Source of the DNA: Anaeromyxobacteraceae bacterium
GTDB lineage: Bacteria; Myxococcota; Myxococcia; Myxococcales; Anaeromyxobacteraceae
Direction of reading: 5' to 3'
Assembly: GCA_032654565.1 (NCBI GenBank)
Contig: JAULAX010000015.1
Location: forward strand, 992,001-1,056,000
Length of the DNA stretch: 64,000 bases
Positions 40,620-50,131 of the stretch are shown one piece after another. Every line of letters begins with the position of its first letter. Positions within the stretch are counted from its first letter, which is position 1. The notes under the pieces are model-generated. The model did no database searches. It had not been told where the DNA came from and was given only the letters and a program-made list of their open reading frames with translations. The translations under genes were made by a program, and so were the position numbers.

Positions 40620-40650
40620 CGCGGGGAGGGGCCGCCGGCCTCTCCCCGCG
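40620..40650 (+). terminator. Intercistronic hairpin after the SBP gene (terminator or mRNA stabiliser)
   Basis: CGCGGGGAGGGGCC-GCC-GGCCTCTCCCCGCG, 14-bp stem with one G-U pair. Confidence 0.55.
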
Positions 40651-40683
40651 CCACCACACCCCGGCTGGTTGACGGAGGATCAC

Positions 40684-41505
40684 ATGGTCACCGCAGCGAG
40701 CTCGGCCGCCCCCATCCTGGAGACGCGCGCCGTCACCGCCAGGTTCGGCGCCTTCACCGCCGTCGACGGGGCCAGCTACCGGCTCCTCGAGGGCGAGACC
40801 GCGGGCATCATCGGTCCCAACGGCGCCGGCAAGTCCACCTTCTTCAACCTGGTGACCGGCCTGGTGCTGCCGTCGTCCGGCACCGTGCACCTCGCCGGCG
40901 AGGAGGTCACCGGGGTGGCGCCCCACCAGCGGGTCAAGGCCGGGTTGGTGCGGACCTTCCAGCTGGTCTCGGTCTTCGATGCCCTGCCGGTGCTCGACAA
41001 CCTGGTCCTGGCGGTGGTCCACGCCGCCCCGGCGCTGGCCAGCGGCCCCGGCTTCCTGTTCGGATCGTCGCGACGCGGCGGCATCGAGGAGGCCGCGCGG
41101 GAGGCCCTCGACCGGGTCGGGCTGGCGGGGAAGGCGGGGCTGCTCACCGCCGAGCTCTCCTACGGCGACAAGCGCAAGCTGGAGATCGGCATCGCCCTGG
41201 CGCTGCGCCCGCGGGTGCTGCTGCTCGACGAGCCCTTCGCCGGCCTCTCCGACTTCGAGATCGGCGAGGTGCTGCGCCTGGTCAAGACCATCCAGGGGAG
41301 CCTCTCCATGGTCATCATCGAACACAAGATCTCCCACCTCCTCGACGTGGTCTCGCGCCTCTCGGTGATGCACGAGGGGAAGATCATCGCCGAGGGGGAC
41401 CCGGGCCAGGTGCTGGAGGACCCCACCGTGCGCCACGTCTACTGGGGCGGCGGCCAGGGACGCGGGCTGGCCGAGGTGCGCGGCACCAGGAAGGCCGAGG
41501 CCTGA
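40684..41505 (+). CDS. LIV-type ABC ATPase (LivG-like)
   Basis: 'GPNGAGKST', 'LSYGDKR', 'LLLDEP', 'IEH'. Confidence 0.92.
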   Translation: MVTAASSAAPILETRAVTARFGAFTAVDGASYRLLEGETAGIIGPNGAGKSTFFNLVTGLVLPSSGTVHLAGEEVTGVAPHQRVKAGLVRTFQLVSVFDALPVLDNLVLAVVHAAPALASGPGFLFGSSRRGGIEEAAREALDRVGLAGKAGLLTAELSYGDKRKLEIGIALALRPRVLLLDEPFAGLSDFEIGEVLRLVKTIQGSLSMVIIEHKISHLLDVVSRLSVMHEGKIIAEGDPGQVLEDPTVRHVYWGGGQGRGLAEVRGTRKAEA

Positions 41506-41506
41506 G

Positions 41507-42199
41507 GTGCTCCTCCAGGTAAACGACCTCGAGGTGGCCTACGGCCGGGCCCGGGCCCTGCACGGCATCTCCATCGACGTGGCCGAGGGCGAGCGGGTCT
41601 TCATGGTGGGGCGCAACGGCGCCGGCAAGACCACCCTGCTCAAGACCGTGGCCGGCTTCCTCGCCCCCACCGCCGGCACCATCCGGTTCGCCGGCCGGGA
41701 GATCGCCGGCCAGCCCGCCGAGGAGGTGGCCCGCGGCGGGATCCGCTACGTCTTCCAGGACAAGCGGGTCTTCACCAAGCTGACGGTGCGGGAGAACATC
41801 GAGATCGCCGCCCACGCCGCCCGCATCAAGCTGGCCGAGGCCATCGAGCGGGTGGTGGAGATCTACCCGAAGATGACCCGCTTCCTCGACAGCCCGGCCG
41901 GCGGACTCTCCGGCGGGCAGCGCCAGCTGCTGCTGCTGGGGCGGGCCCTGCTGGGGCAGCCGCGGCTGCTGCTCATCGACGAGCCGACCGAGGGGCTGGC
42001 CGGCGGCGCCATCGACGAGGTCTTCCAGGTGCTGGAGAAGAGCAAGGGGAAGGTGGCCATGGTGATCGTCGAGCAGAACCTCTCGGTGGTGCGCCAGCTG
42101 GCGGACCGGGTCTACGCCATCAAGGAGGGGCGGGTCTGCTCGGAGTTCCGCGACGCGGCCGCCATCGCCGACCCGGCCGTGCTGGAGGGGGTGCTGTGA
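41507..42199 (+). CDS. LIV-type ABC ATPase (LivF-like)
   Basis: 'GRNGAGKTT', 'LSGGQRQ', 'DEPTEGL', 'VEQN'. Confidence 0.92.
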   Translation: MLLQVNDLEVAYGRARALHGISIDVAEGERVFMVGRNGAGKTTLLKTVAGFLAPTAGTIRFAGREIAGQPAEEVARGGIRYVFQDKRVFTKLTVRENIEIAAHAARIKLAEAIERVVEIYPKMTRFLDSPAGGLSGGQRQLLLLGRALLGQPRLLLIDEPTEGLAGGAIDEVFQVLEKSKGKVAMVIVEQNLSVVRQLADRVYAIKEGRVCSEFRDAAAIADPAVLEGVL

Positions 42200-43158
42200 C
42201 CTTCGCGCTCGGCGCCGCCGCGGCCGCCCGGCTGCGGCGCTTCGACCTGCCCATCCTGGCGGCGCTCTTCATGGGGCTGGCCTGGGCCATCTCCCTCCAG
42301 CGGGCCACCGACTTCATCATCTTCTGCATCTTCGTGCTGGCCTACGACCTGCTCTACGGCCACATGGGGCGGCTCTCCTTCGGCCACATGCTCTACCTGG
42401 GCACCGGGGCCTACGCCACCGCCCTCACCGCCGAGCACCTCAGCGCCAACCCCTTGGCGGCGCTGCTGGCGGCGCTGCTGGCCGGCGGCGCGGTGGGCTG
42501 GGTGCTCTCCTTCATCACCGTGCGCACCACCGGCGCCTGCTTCGCCCTCATCAACCTGGCGCTCAACCAGGTCGGACACTTCCTGGTGCTGGTGGCCTTC
42601 GCCCGCTGGACCGGCGGCGAGGACGGCATGTCGGTCACCTTCAGCAAGATCGGGCCGTTCGACGTCGGCCACAAGGCCACCATGTTCGGCCTGGCGCTGG
42701 CCTGCCTGGTGGCGGTGGTCTGGCTGCTGCGCCGGCTGACCGGCTCGCCCTTCGGGATCCTGCTGCGCAGCATCAAGCAGAACGAGAGCCGGGTCCGCTT
42801 CCTCGGCTACGACGTGGTGCGCGCCAAGACCCTGGCCTTCGTGCTCTCCACCGCCCTCTCGGCCTTCGCCGGCGGGCTGGCCATCCTCAACTACGCCTAC
42901 GTCACCCCCAGCTTCATCGACACCGGGCGCAACGTCGAGGTGATCTTCGCCGCCCTCATCGGCGGCGCCGGGAGCGTCTACGGCGCCATCGCCGGCGGCG
43001 TGGCCTACATGCTGATCTCCAACTTCCTCCCCAACTACGTGCAGCGCTGGGAGATGTTCCTCGGCTTCGCCCTGCTGGTGATGATCTTCAGGTTCCGGGC
43101 CGGGGTCTGGGGCTCGCTGGTGGCCCGCTTCGGGCCTCGCCGCGCGGAGGGCGCATGA
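42196..43158 (+). CDS. LIV-type ABC permease (LivM-like)
   Basis: 'LSFGH', 'TGGEDG', 'SPFG..LRSIKQNE'. Confidence 0.9.
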   Translation: MTFALGAAAAARLRRFDLPILAALFMGLAWAISLQRATDFIIFCIFVLAYDLLYGHMGRLSFGHMLYLGTGAYATALTAEHLSANPLAALLAALLAGGAVGWVLSFITVRTTGACFALINLALNQVGHFLVLVAFARWTGGEDGMSVTFSKIGPFDVGHKATMFGLALACLVAVVWLLRRLTGSPFGILLRSIKQNESRVRFLGYDVVRAKTLAFVLSTALSAFAGGLAILNYAYVTPSFIDTGRNVEVIFAALIGGAGSVYGAIAGGVAYMLISNFLPNYVQRWEMFLGFALLVMIFRFRAGVWGSLVARFGPRRAEGA

Positions 43159-43988
43159 TCACCGTCGTCGCCTACGGCCTGACCGTCGGCGCCATCCTCT
43201 ACATCATCTCCATCGGTCTCTCGCTCACCTTCGGGACCATGCGGATCGTCAACTTCGCCCACGCCCTGGTCTACACGGTGGGCGCCTACGTGCTCTTCAC
43301 CATGCTGCGGGTCACCGGGGGGAACTTCGTGCTGGCCGCGCTGGTGGGGGTGGTGGCGGTCATCCCGCTCTCCTGGGCCATCGAGCGCTTCGTCATCCGC
43401 CGGCTCTACGGGCAGTCGATCGACTACGCCATCATCGCCACCTACGCGGTGCTGCTCATCGGCGTCGACGCCACCAAGTGGATCTGGGGCGCCACGCCGC
43501 TGCCGCTCTCTGATCCCATCGGCAGGTACGTGGCCATCGCCGGGGTCGACCTGCCGGTCTACCGCCTGGTGGTGATCGCCCTGGCGGTGCTGATCTTCGC
43601 CGGGCTGGAGCTCTTCTTCCACAAGACCGTGGTGGGGAAGATCGTGGTGGCCGGGCTGGAGGACAAGGACGCGGTGCGCAGCCTGGGCATCCGCGTCGAC
43701 AGCTACTTCTCGCTGGTCTTCATCCTGGGGAGCTGCCTGGCGGCGCTGGGCGGGATCCTCTACGCCCCCATCACCACCATCCACCCGTACATGGGCACCC
43801 ACGTGCTGCTGCTCTCCTTCGCGGTGGTGCTGGTGGGCGGCCTGGGCAGCATGCGCGGCACCCTGGTGGCCTCCTTCGCGCTGGGCATGGTGATGGCCGT
43901 GACCGGGCGGGTCTGGGGACCGGCCTCCGAGGCCATGGTCTTCGCGGTCATGGCGGTGGTGCTGGTCTTCAAGCCCATCGAGGTGTGA
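43155..43988 (+). CDS. LIV-type ABC permease (LivH-like)
   Basis: 'GLSLTFGTMRIVNFAH', 'VGGLGS'. Confidence 0.9.
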   Translation: MITVVAYGLTVGAILYIISIGLSLTFGTMRIVNFAHALVYTVGAYVLFTMLRVTGGNFVLAALVGVVAVIPLSWAIERFVIRRLYGQSIDYAIIATYAVLLIGVDATKWIWGATPLPLSDPIGRYVAIAGVDLPVYRLVVIALAVLIFAGLELFFHKTVVGKIVVAGLEDKDAVRSLGIRVDSYFSLVFILGSCLAALGGILYAPITTIHPYMGTHVLLLSFAVVLVGGLGSMRGTLVASFALGMVMAVTGRVWGPASEAMVFAVMAVVLVFKPIEV

Positions 43989-44030
43989 GCCGGCGCGCCG
44001 GCCACCCGTGGCCGGGCGGCGCCGCCTCGA

Positions 44031-44954
44031 CTACCCCGCCGCGAAGGTCCCGGTGGCGTGCGGCCGCTCCCCGGCCTCGTCGAGCACGGCGAAGCCGAAG
44101 CCGCGCCCCGCCGGCCATTCACGGAAGGTGACGCGGCAGGGGAGCAGCACCGGCAGCTTGAAGGCCACCTCGAGCACGGTGGGGCCCCCCGCCACCCGCG
44201 GCTGCAGCTCGGCGGCCACCCGGGCCATGGTCCACATGCCGTGGACGATGGCGCGCTTGAACCCGAAGAGGCGGGCGGTGGGGCCGCTCAGGTGGATGGG
44301 GTTGTAGTCGCCGGAGACCCGGGCGTAGCGGCGGCCCAGGTCGGCCCCCAGCGTCCAGGCGGCGCCGGCGGCGCCGGGCGGGGTCGCCGGGCCCGGCGCG
44401 GTCACCGGGCCGGGCGGGGTGGCCGGACCAGGCGGGGTGGCCGGACCGGCCGGCGGCCGGGGCGGGCGGACGCCGGAGCGCCGGGCCAGCAGCGTCGAGG
44501 TCTCGGTCCAGGCCACCTGGCCGCCGGCGCGGGCCTCGGTGCAGAGGTCGAACTCCTGCCCCCGCTCGGTCTCGCGGAGGCCGCCGACCCGGCAGCGCAG
44601 GTCGATGGGCTCGCGCTGGCCGAGGGCGCGCGCCGCCTCGATGCGGCTGCGCAGGTGGACCAGGCCGAGCAGCCGGAGCGGGAAGCCGGGGCCGGTGAGC
44701 AGCGCCAGGTGGAGCGCCCCGGCCAGCACGTGCGGGTAGGTGATGGGCAGCCGCTGGTCGGGCTCGAAGCCGCACAGCTCCCGGTAGGCGTCGAGGGTGG
44801 CCGGGTCGGGAAGCGCCGGCGCCAGGCGGGCCTCCAGCGCCGGGAGGGTGGCCCCGGCGGGCAGCAGCCGGGGGCGGCGCGAGACCAGCGCACGGGCCAG
44901 CGCCGGCCAGACCGCGGGCGAGCGCTCGAAGCTCAGCGAGGCGGGGGTGGGCAT
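44031..44954 (-). CDS. MaoC-family double-hotdog dehydratase
   Basis: 'LPITYPHVL', 'YARVSGDYNPIHL', 'IVHGMW', 'FKLPV'. Confidence 0.88.
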   Translation of the reverse strand: MPTPASLSFERSPAVWPALARALVSRRPRLLPAGATLPALEARLAPALPDPATLDAYRELCGFEPDQRLPITYPHVLAGALHLALLTGPGFPLRLLGLVHLRSRIEAARALGQREPIDLRCRVGGLRETERGQEFDLCTEARAGGQVAWTETSTLLARRSGVRPPRPPAGPATPPGPATPPGPVTAPGPATPPGAAGAAWTLGADLGRRYARVSGDYNPIHLSGPTARLFGFKRAIVHGMWTMARVAAELQPRVAGGPTVLEVAFKLPVLLPCRVTFREWPAGRGFGFAVLDEAGERPHATGTFAAG

Positions 44955-47900
44955 GGCTCCACCCCTACCACGTCGGACGCACGGAACCGCCGGTGGACCT
45001 CGAAGGCGAAGCCGTCGAGCGCCGCCTCGTCGAGGGGATCGCCGTTGAGGTTGAGGGTGAGCGAGAGCAGCCCCTCGCGCTCGGCCACGTGGTGGAGCTG
45101 CGCCTCGGCCAGCTTGTTGGGCATGCACTCCAGCGGCCCGACGCTGACCACCGCGTCGATCTGGCGCCGGCGCCAGGCCAGCACCGGCACCCCGATGGTG
45201 AGCAGCGTCTCCACCTCGACGTGGTGGTCGAGGTAGTCGCCGGCGGCGGCCACCGCCTCGTCGATGGGCGGCGGCGGCGGCAGGCCGAGCGGGCCGGCGG
45301 CGGCGGCGTGGCAGCGGTCGAGGATGCGGTCGCGCAGCCAGCGGTCGAGCCGGGCCAGCAGCCCCTTCTTCCAGCCGCGCTTCCAGGCCACCCAGTCGGT
45401 GTACTGGATGAACTCGGTGAGCGGCTCGAGGCGCACCCGCAGCCCGCGCCGCTCCAGGGCCAGCGCCACCTCGCCGTTGGCGAAGGGATCGCAGCGCACG
45501 TAGATCTCGCCGGCCAGCAGCACCACCGGCACCCGCCGCGCCGTCTTCACCGCCGCCAGCGCCCGCGCCGCCTCGCTCACCAGCCGGGGGATTCCCCAGA
45601 CCCGGCCGCCGCCGGCCTCGCGCAGCACCGCCGCGGCCGAGAGGTCGCCGCGGGTGGCCTCCTCGATCAGCGTCGAGAGGCGCGCCGCGGCCCCGGCGTG
45701 GATGGCCTCGGCGGCCCCGGGGCGGGTCTCGACCGGGCGGACGTCGTGGAGCGCCTCCTCCAGCGCCCCGTAGGCGCAGAAGCCGGCGTAGACGATGGCG
45801 GCGAAGCCGGGCGGCAGGCCGCGGAAGTAGTCGCCCAGCGGCGGCGACCAGATGGCCACCCGGTCCCGCCAGCCGAGCCGGTCGAGCACCAGCTGCTGCA
45901 GCTGGCGGTAGGCGCCAAAGCGGCAGGGGCCGTCGGAGCCGGGCATGAAGAAGGCGTAGCGCTCGCCGTCGGTGCCGGCCGTCTGCAGCCGCTCCAGCAG
46001 GCTGCCGAGCGTGACGGTGAGCGGCAGGCACTCCTTGCCGGAGGTCTGGCGCCGCCCCAGCCCCAGGGTCTCGCGGGTGGGGCGCGGCAGCACCTCGGCC
46101 GCCACCCCGAGCCCGCGCAGCCCGGCCACCAGCGCCTCGGCCTCCGGCCCCATGGGCGGCACCAGCACCCGCTCGCCGCGGGCGGTCAGGTCGCCGAGGG
46201 TGCGCCGGGCCACGTCGAGCCGGGCGGCGTCGTTGGGCACGCCGCCCCGGGCCGCGCGCAGGTCCTCGCGCACGCAGTGCAGGAAGGCCTCGACCCGGGT
46301 GCGGGTGCCGGCGTCGCCGGCGTGGCCGTCGGTCTCGATCACCGCGAACGGCTTCCCCTCCATGAGGAAGGCCAGCTGGTGGCCGGTGAAGCTGTCCGGG
46401 CCGCAGGCGTAGTTGGAGCAGAAGAGCCCGTAGAGCCCCGGGGTGCGGCGCACCAGCCAGGCGGCCCGCAGCATCCGCTGCGAGTGGCTCCAGAAGACGT
46501 CATCGAAGATGGGGGCGTCGGCCGGCACCGGCAGGCAGTCGAGCGGGATGCCGACCGCCCCCTGGGCCCGCAGGATGGCCGGCACGTTGGAGTTGAGCAC
46601 CTCGTCGTGGATGGTGTAGCTGCGCCCCAGCACCGCCACCGGCGTGACCGCGTGCTCCCGGCACCAGTCGAGGGCCCGCTGCCCCAGCGCCGGCAGCCGG
46701 GCGTCGAAGGCGGCCTGCGCGGTCCGGCCCTCCCGCAGCGCCGCCTGCAGCGTCGCCTCGTCGGTGACGCCGACCGACGCGGCCAGCCCCCGGCAGGAGC
46801 GCTCGAAGGGCTCGCTCTCCAGCCCTTCCGGCCCCATGTCGATGACCGGCGAGAGCAGCCGGCCCGAGGCCTCGGGGGGCAGGTCGAGCCGCAGCACGTC
46901 CGGCGCCCCCATGACGATGGGGCAGACCGAGGAGGCCCGCTCGCCGGCCACCCGCGGCAGGTGGCGCAGCAGCGGCACCAGCACCAGCTGGTGTTCGCCC
47001 CCGGCCAGCCCGGCCACCAGCCCGTGGTACTGCTGCATGGGGGCGCAGAAGGGGACGTTGGCCTCCTCGATGCCCCGCTTCAGCGCCGCCCGGTCGCCGC
47101 CCGGCGCCACCGCCACGTCGAGGCCGAGCCGGTGGAGGAAGGTGGCGAAGAAGGGGAGCAGCCCCTTCAGCTGGAACTCGTCGGCCAGCGCCACCACCCG
47201 CCGCCCGCCGCGGGCCGGCAGGCCGGCCACCACCTCGGCCACCAGCGCCTGCCGCTCGCGGAACGGGTCCGGCGCCAGGTCGGGGAGCTTCTGCAGCCGG
47301 GTCCCCTGGTCCCAGAGGGCGCAGCCGCCGCCCCAGGTGAAGCGCCTCGCCTCGCCCCCCACGTCGGTGGCCAGCCGGTCGATGCGGCAGTGGTTGCCGG
47401 CGCCGCCGCAGCCCTGCGTCGAGGCGCAGGTGAACTGGTCCTTGCGCGTCACCCGGGCGCCGAGGAAGGTGGACAGCGCGGCGGGGGCCCGGCCGGCCAG
47501 CGGCAGCTCGGCGGCGGCCAGCAGGGCGATGCCGATGGCCCCCTGCAGGCCGGGGCGCGGCGGCACGATCACCTCGGCGCCGGTCTGGCGGGCCACCGCG
47601 GCGGCCAGGGCGTCGGAGGCGAAGGGCATCCCCTGGCAGAAGATCACCGACCCCACCGAGCGGGTCCCCTTGACGCGGTTGAGGTAGTTGGCCACCACCG
47701 AGTCGTGCAGCCCGGCCAGGATGGGGCCGCGGGCCACGCCGCGGGCCACCGCCCCGTCGATCACCTCGGCCATGAAGACCGAGCAGTGCTGGCCGAGCGC
47801 CACCCCCTCCGGCGCCGCCAGCGCCTCCTCGCCCAGCTGGGCCACCGAGTCGATGCCGTGGAAGCGGCGCCCCTGCTCCTCGATGAAGGAGCCGGTGCCG

Positions 47901-49219
47901 GCCGAGCAGGCCTCGTTCATGGCGGCGTCCACCACCCGCCCGCCGTCGAGCCGGATGTACTTGGCGTCCTGGCCGCCGATCTCGAAGATGGTGTCGACGC
48001 GCGGATCGACGTGGCGGGCGCCGGCGGCGTGAGCGGCGATCTCGTTGAGGACGTGGACCGCCTCGCCGCAGTAGCAGGTGCTGAGCAGCGAGCCGACGAT
48101 CTCCCGCCCCGAGCCTGTGGCGCCGAAGCCGAGGACGCGGTGGGCCCCGGCCTCGCCCTGCAGCAGCAGCTTCACCAGCGCCTGCGCCGCGCCGACCGGA
48201 TCGCCGTCGGTGCGCAGGTAGCCGTCCCAGAGCAGCTGGCCGGTGGCGGCGTCGAGCAGCGCCGCCTTGGAGCCGGTGGAGCCGATGTCGAAGCCGAGGA
48301 CGGCGTCGCGGGCCCCGCTGAAGCGGGGCCGGGGCTGCTCGGGGAGGCGGCGGACCCGGGCCAGCGACCGGGCCAGGGAGGGCAGCAGCTCCAGGGGGGG
48401 CTCCGGCGCCGGCTGGAAGAGCTCGGCGATCGGCGGCGGGGGGCGCGGATCGGCGGCGGCCAGCGTCGCCGCCCCCAGCGCGTCGAGGTGGAGGCCGTCC
48501 TCGGCGCTCCAGCCGTCGAGGCGGAGGCCGTGGCGGCGGGCGAAGCGGTCGAAGTGATCGCGGACCCGGGCGGCCCGGGCCACCCCGCCGGCCAGCGCCA
48601 GCCGGGTGGGGCCGCGGCGCGGCTTCACCAGCACCTGGGCGCTCTCGGCGATGGCGTCGAGCAGCCCGGCCAGGATCCGCTCCCGCCCCTCGCCCTTGTT
48701 GGCCAGGTGGGTCATGTCGGTCTTGAGGATGACCGGGCAGCGGCCGCTGAGCGGGGCCGGATCGGCGACCCCGGCCGCCAGCGCCGCCGCCTCCTCCACC
48801 TCCAGCCCGAAGCGCTGCACCAGCTGGCGCAGGAAGTGGCCGGTCCCCTGGGCGCAGCGGGCGTTCTCGCGGAACAGCTCCACGCCGCCGCCGCGCCGCT
48901 CCAGCACCGAGCAGCCGTGGGCGCCGATGGAGACCACGGTGATGGGCACGTCGCCGACCAGGTAGCCGGCCCCCGCCGACTGCGCCTGCTTCTGCGGGAC
49001 CCGCGGCAGCGCCACCTGCGAGCCGAGCCGGCCGGTGACCGCCGCCCCGGCCACCCCCGCCCAGTCGAAGCCGGCCAGCAGCCCGGCCAGCGCCACCGTC
49101 GGCTGCCCGCGGTGCTCGGCCTCGGCGCGGCGGGTCCAGCGGAGCGCCGCGGGCTCCCCGGCCAGCTCCACCACCTTGATGGCCTCGGCGCCGACGTCGA
49201 TGCCGACGAAGCGCCTCAT
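44933..49219 (-). CDS. 2-hydroxyacyl-CoA dehydratase activase-type fusion (two ASKHA ATPase domains + DUF2229/HgdAB-like domains)
   Basis: 'GIDVG', 'NARCAQGTG', 'DIGSTGSK', 'EIGGQDAK', 'NEACSAGTG', 'NYACGPDSF', 'GPCRFG', 'CMPN'. Confidence 0.88.
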   Translation of the reverse strand: MRRFVGIDVGAEAIKVVELAGEPAALRWTRRAEAEHRGQPTVALAGLLAGFDWAGVAGAAVTGRLGSQVALPRVPQKQAQSAGAGYLVGDVPITVVSIGAHGCSVLERRGGGVELFRENARCAQGTGHFLRQLVQRFGLEVEEAAALAAGVADPAPLSGRCPVILKTDMTHLANKGEGRERILAGLLDAIAESAQVLVKPRRGPTRLALAGGVARAARVRDHFDRFARRHGLRLDGWSAEDGLHLDALGAATLAAADPRPPPPIAELFQPAPEPPLELLPSLARSLARVRRLPEQPRPRFSGARDAVLGFDIGSTGSKAALLDAATGQLLWDGYLRTDGDPVGAAQALVKLLLQGEAGAHRVLGFGATGSGREIVGSLLSTCYCGEAVHVLNEIAAHAAGARHVDPRVDTIFEIGGQDAKYIRLDGGRVVDAAMNEACSAGTGSFIEEQGRRFHGIDSVAQLGEEALAAPEGVALGQHCSVFMAEVIDGAVARGVARGPILAGLHDSVVANYLNRVKGTRSVGSVIFCQGMPFASDALAAAVARQTGAEVIVPPRPGLQGAIGIALLAAAELPLAGRAPAALSTFLGARVTRKDQFTCASTQGCGGAGNHCRIDRLATDVGGEARRFTWGGGCALWDQGTRLQKLPDLAPDPFRERQALVAEVVAGLPARGGRRVVALADEFQLKGLLPFFATFLHRLGLDVAVAPGGDRAALKRGIEEANVPFCAPMQQYHGLVAGLAGGEHQLVLVPLLRHLPRVAGERASSVCPIVMGAPDVLRLDLPPEASGRLLSPVIDMGPEGLESEPFERSCRGLAASVGVTDEATLQAALREGRTAQAAFDARLPALGQRALDWCREHAVTPVAVLGRSYTIHDEVLNSNVPAILRAQGAVGIPLDCLPVPADAPIFDDVFWSHSQRMLRAAWLVRRTPGLYGLFCSNYACGPDSFTGHQLAFLMEGKPFAVIETDGHAGDAGTRTRVEAFLHCVREDLRAARGGVPNDAARLDVARRTLGDLTARGERVLVPPMGPEAEALVAGLRGLGVAAEVLPRPTRETLGLGRRQTSGKECLPLTVTLGSLLERLQTAGTDGERYAFFMPGSDGPCRFGAYRQLQQLVLDRLGWRDRVAIWSPPLGDYFRGLPPGFAAIVYAGFCAYGALEEALHDVRPVETRPGAAEAIHAGAAARLSTLIEEATRGDLSAAAVLREAGGGRVWGIPRLVSEAARALAAVKTARRVPVVLLAGEIYVRCDPFANGEVALALERRGLRVRLEPLTEFIQYTDWVAWKRGWKKGLLARLDRWLRDRILDRCHAAAAGPLGLPPPPPIDEAVAAAGDYLDHHVEVETLLTIGVPVLAWRRRQIDAVVSVGPLECMPNKLAEAQLHHVAEREGLLSLTLNLNGDPLDEAALDGFAFEVHRRFRASDVVGVEPCPPPPR

Positions 49220-49992
49220 CCCCGTCGCGCCCAGAGCAGCACCCGCCGGAAGGTGAAGAGGAAGGGGCGCCGGTCGGGGAGCGCCGCGGCCAGCCGCTCC
49301 CGGTAGCGGTCCAGGAAGGCGGGCCAGAGGGTGGCCGGCAGCCGCCGCTGGTAGTCGGTGAGCAGCGTGCCGCGCACCCACTCGACGATCTCGTCGCGCG
49401 AGGCCAGCGGGTGGCCGTAGACCTCGAGCCGGACGCGCCGGGCCTGGAAGCCCAGCTCGAAGAGCGCCTCGGCGTAGCGCTCGGGCGGGAGCACCGGGCT
49501 CACCGACTGGAAGCCGCCCAGCGCCTCGGCGAAGGGGGGCTCGGCCGCGGTGGCCGCGGCCTCGGCGTGCGAGGGGTGGCGCTGGTTCATGGGGACCTGC
49601 ACCGCCAGCTGGCCGCCGGGGGCCACCAGGGCGGCCAGCCGGGGCAGGAGCGCGGCGTGGTCGGGGACCCAGTGGAGCGCGGCGTTGGAGAAGACCAGGT
49701 CGAAGGGCTCGCCGCGGTAGCTGCCGGCGTCGCCGGCCTCGAAGCGGAGCCCGCCGCGGGCCCGCGGCGCGGCCCGCTCCAGCATGGCCGGGGAGCTGTC
49801 GACGCCGACGGTCTCGCGGGCGGAGAGCCGGGCGTGCAGCTCGGCGGTGAGGGCGCCGTCTCCGCAGCCCAGGTCGAGCACCCGGGGCCGGTCGAGCGGC
49901 GTGAGCAGCGCCACCAGGTCGTCCCACGGCTGGCGCCGCTCGGCGGCGAAGCGGGCGTAGCAGTCCGGGTTCCAGGGGTCGGCGGGCGTCAT
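49216..49992 (-). CDS. tam: Trans-aconitate 2-methyltransferase-like SAM methyltransferase
   Basis: 'WNP..Y.RF..ER.QP', 'DLGCGDG', 'SNAALHWVPDH'. Confidence 0.82.
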   Translation of the reverse strand: MTPADPWNPDCYARFAAERRQPWDDLVALLTPLDRPRVLDLGCGDGALTAELHARLSARETVGVDSSPAMLERAAPRARGGLRFEAGDAGSYRGEPFDLVFSNAALHWVPDHAALLPRLAALVAPGGQLAVQVPMNQRHPSHAEAAATAAEPPFAEALGGFQSVSPVLPPERYAEALFELGFQARRVRLEVYGHPLASRDEIVEWVRGTLLTDYQRRLPATLWPAFLDRYRERLAAALPDRRPFLFTFRRVLLWARRG

Positions 49993-50131
49993 CGGGGGCT
50001 GCGGAGTGTAACGCTTTTGGGGCGGGGGGGAGGATCGGGGCGGAATGGACCCGGCCGCCCGTCGATTGACCTCGGGCCCCGGGAAGATGCAAATTGCCCG
50101 GTCCGATCCTCACCTCCCCCTTTGGAGCCAC

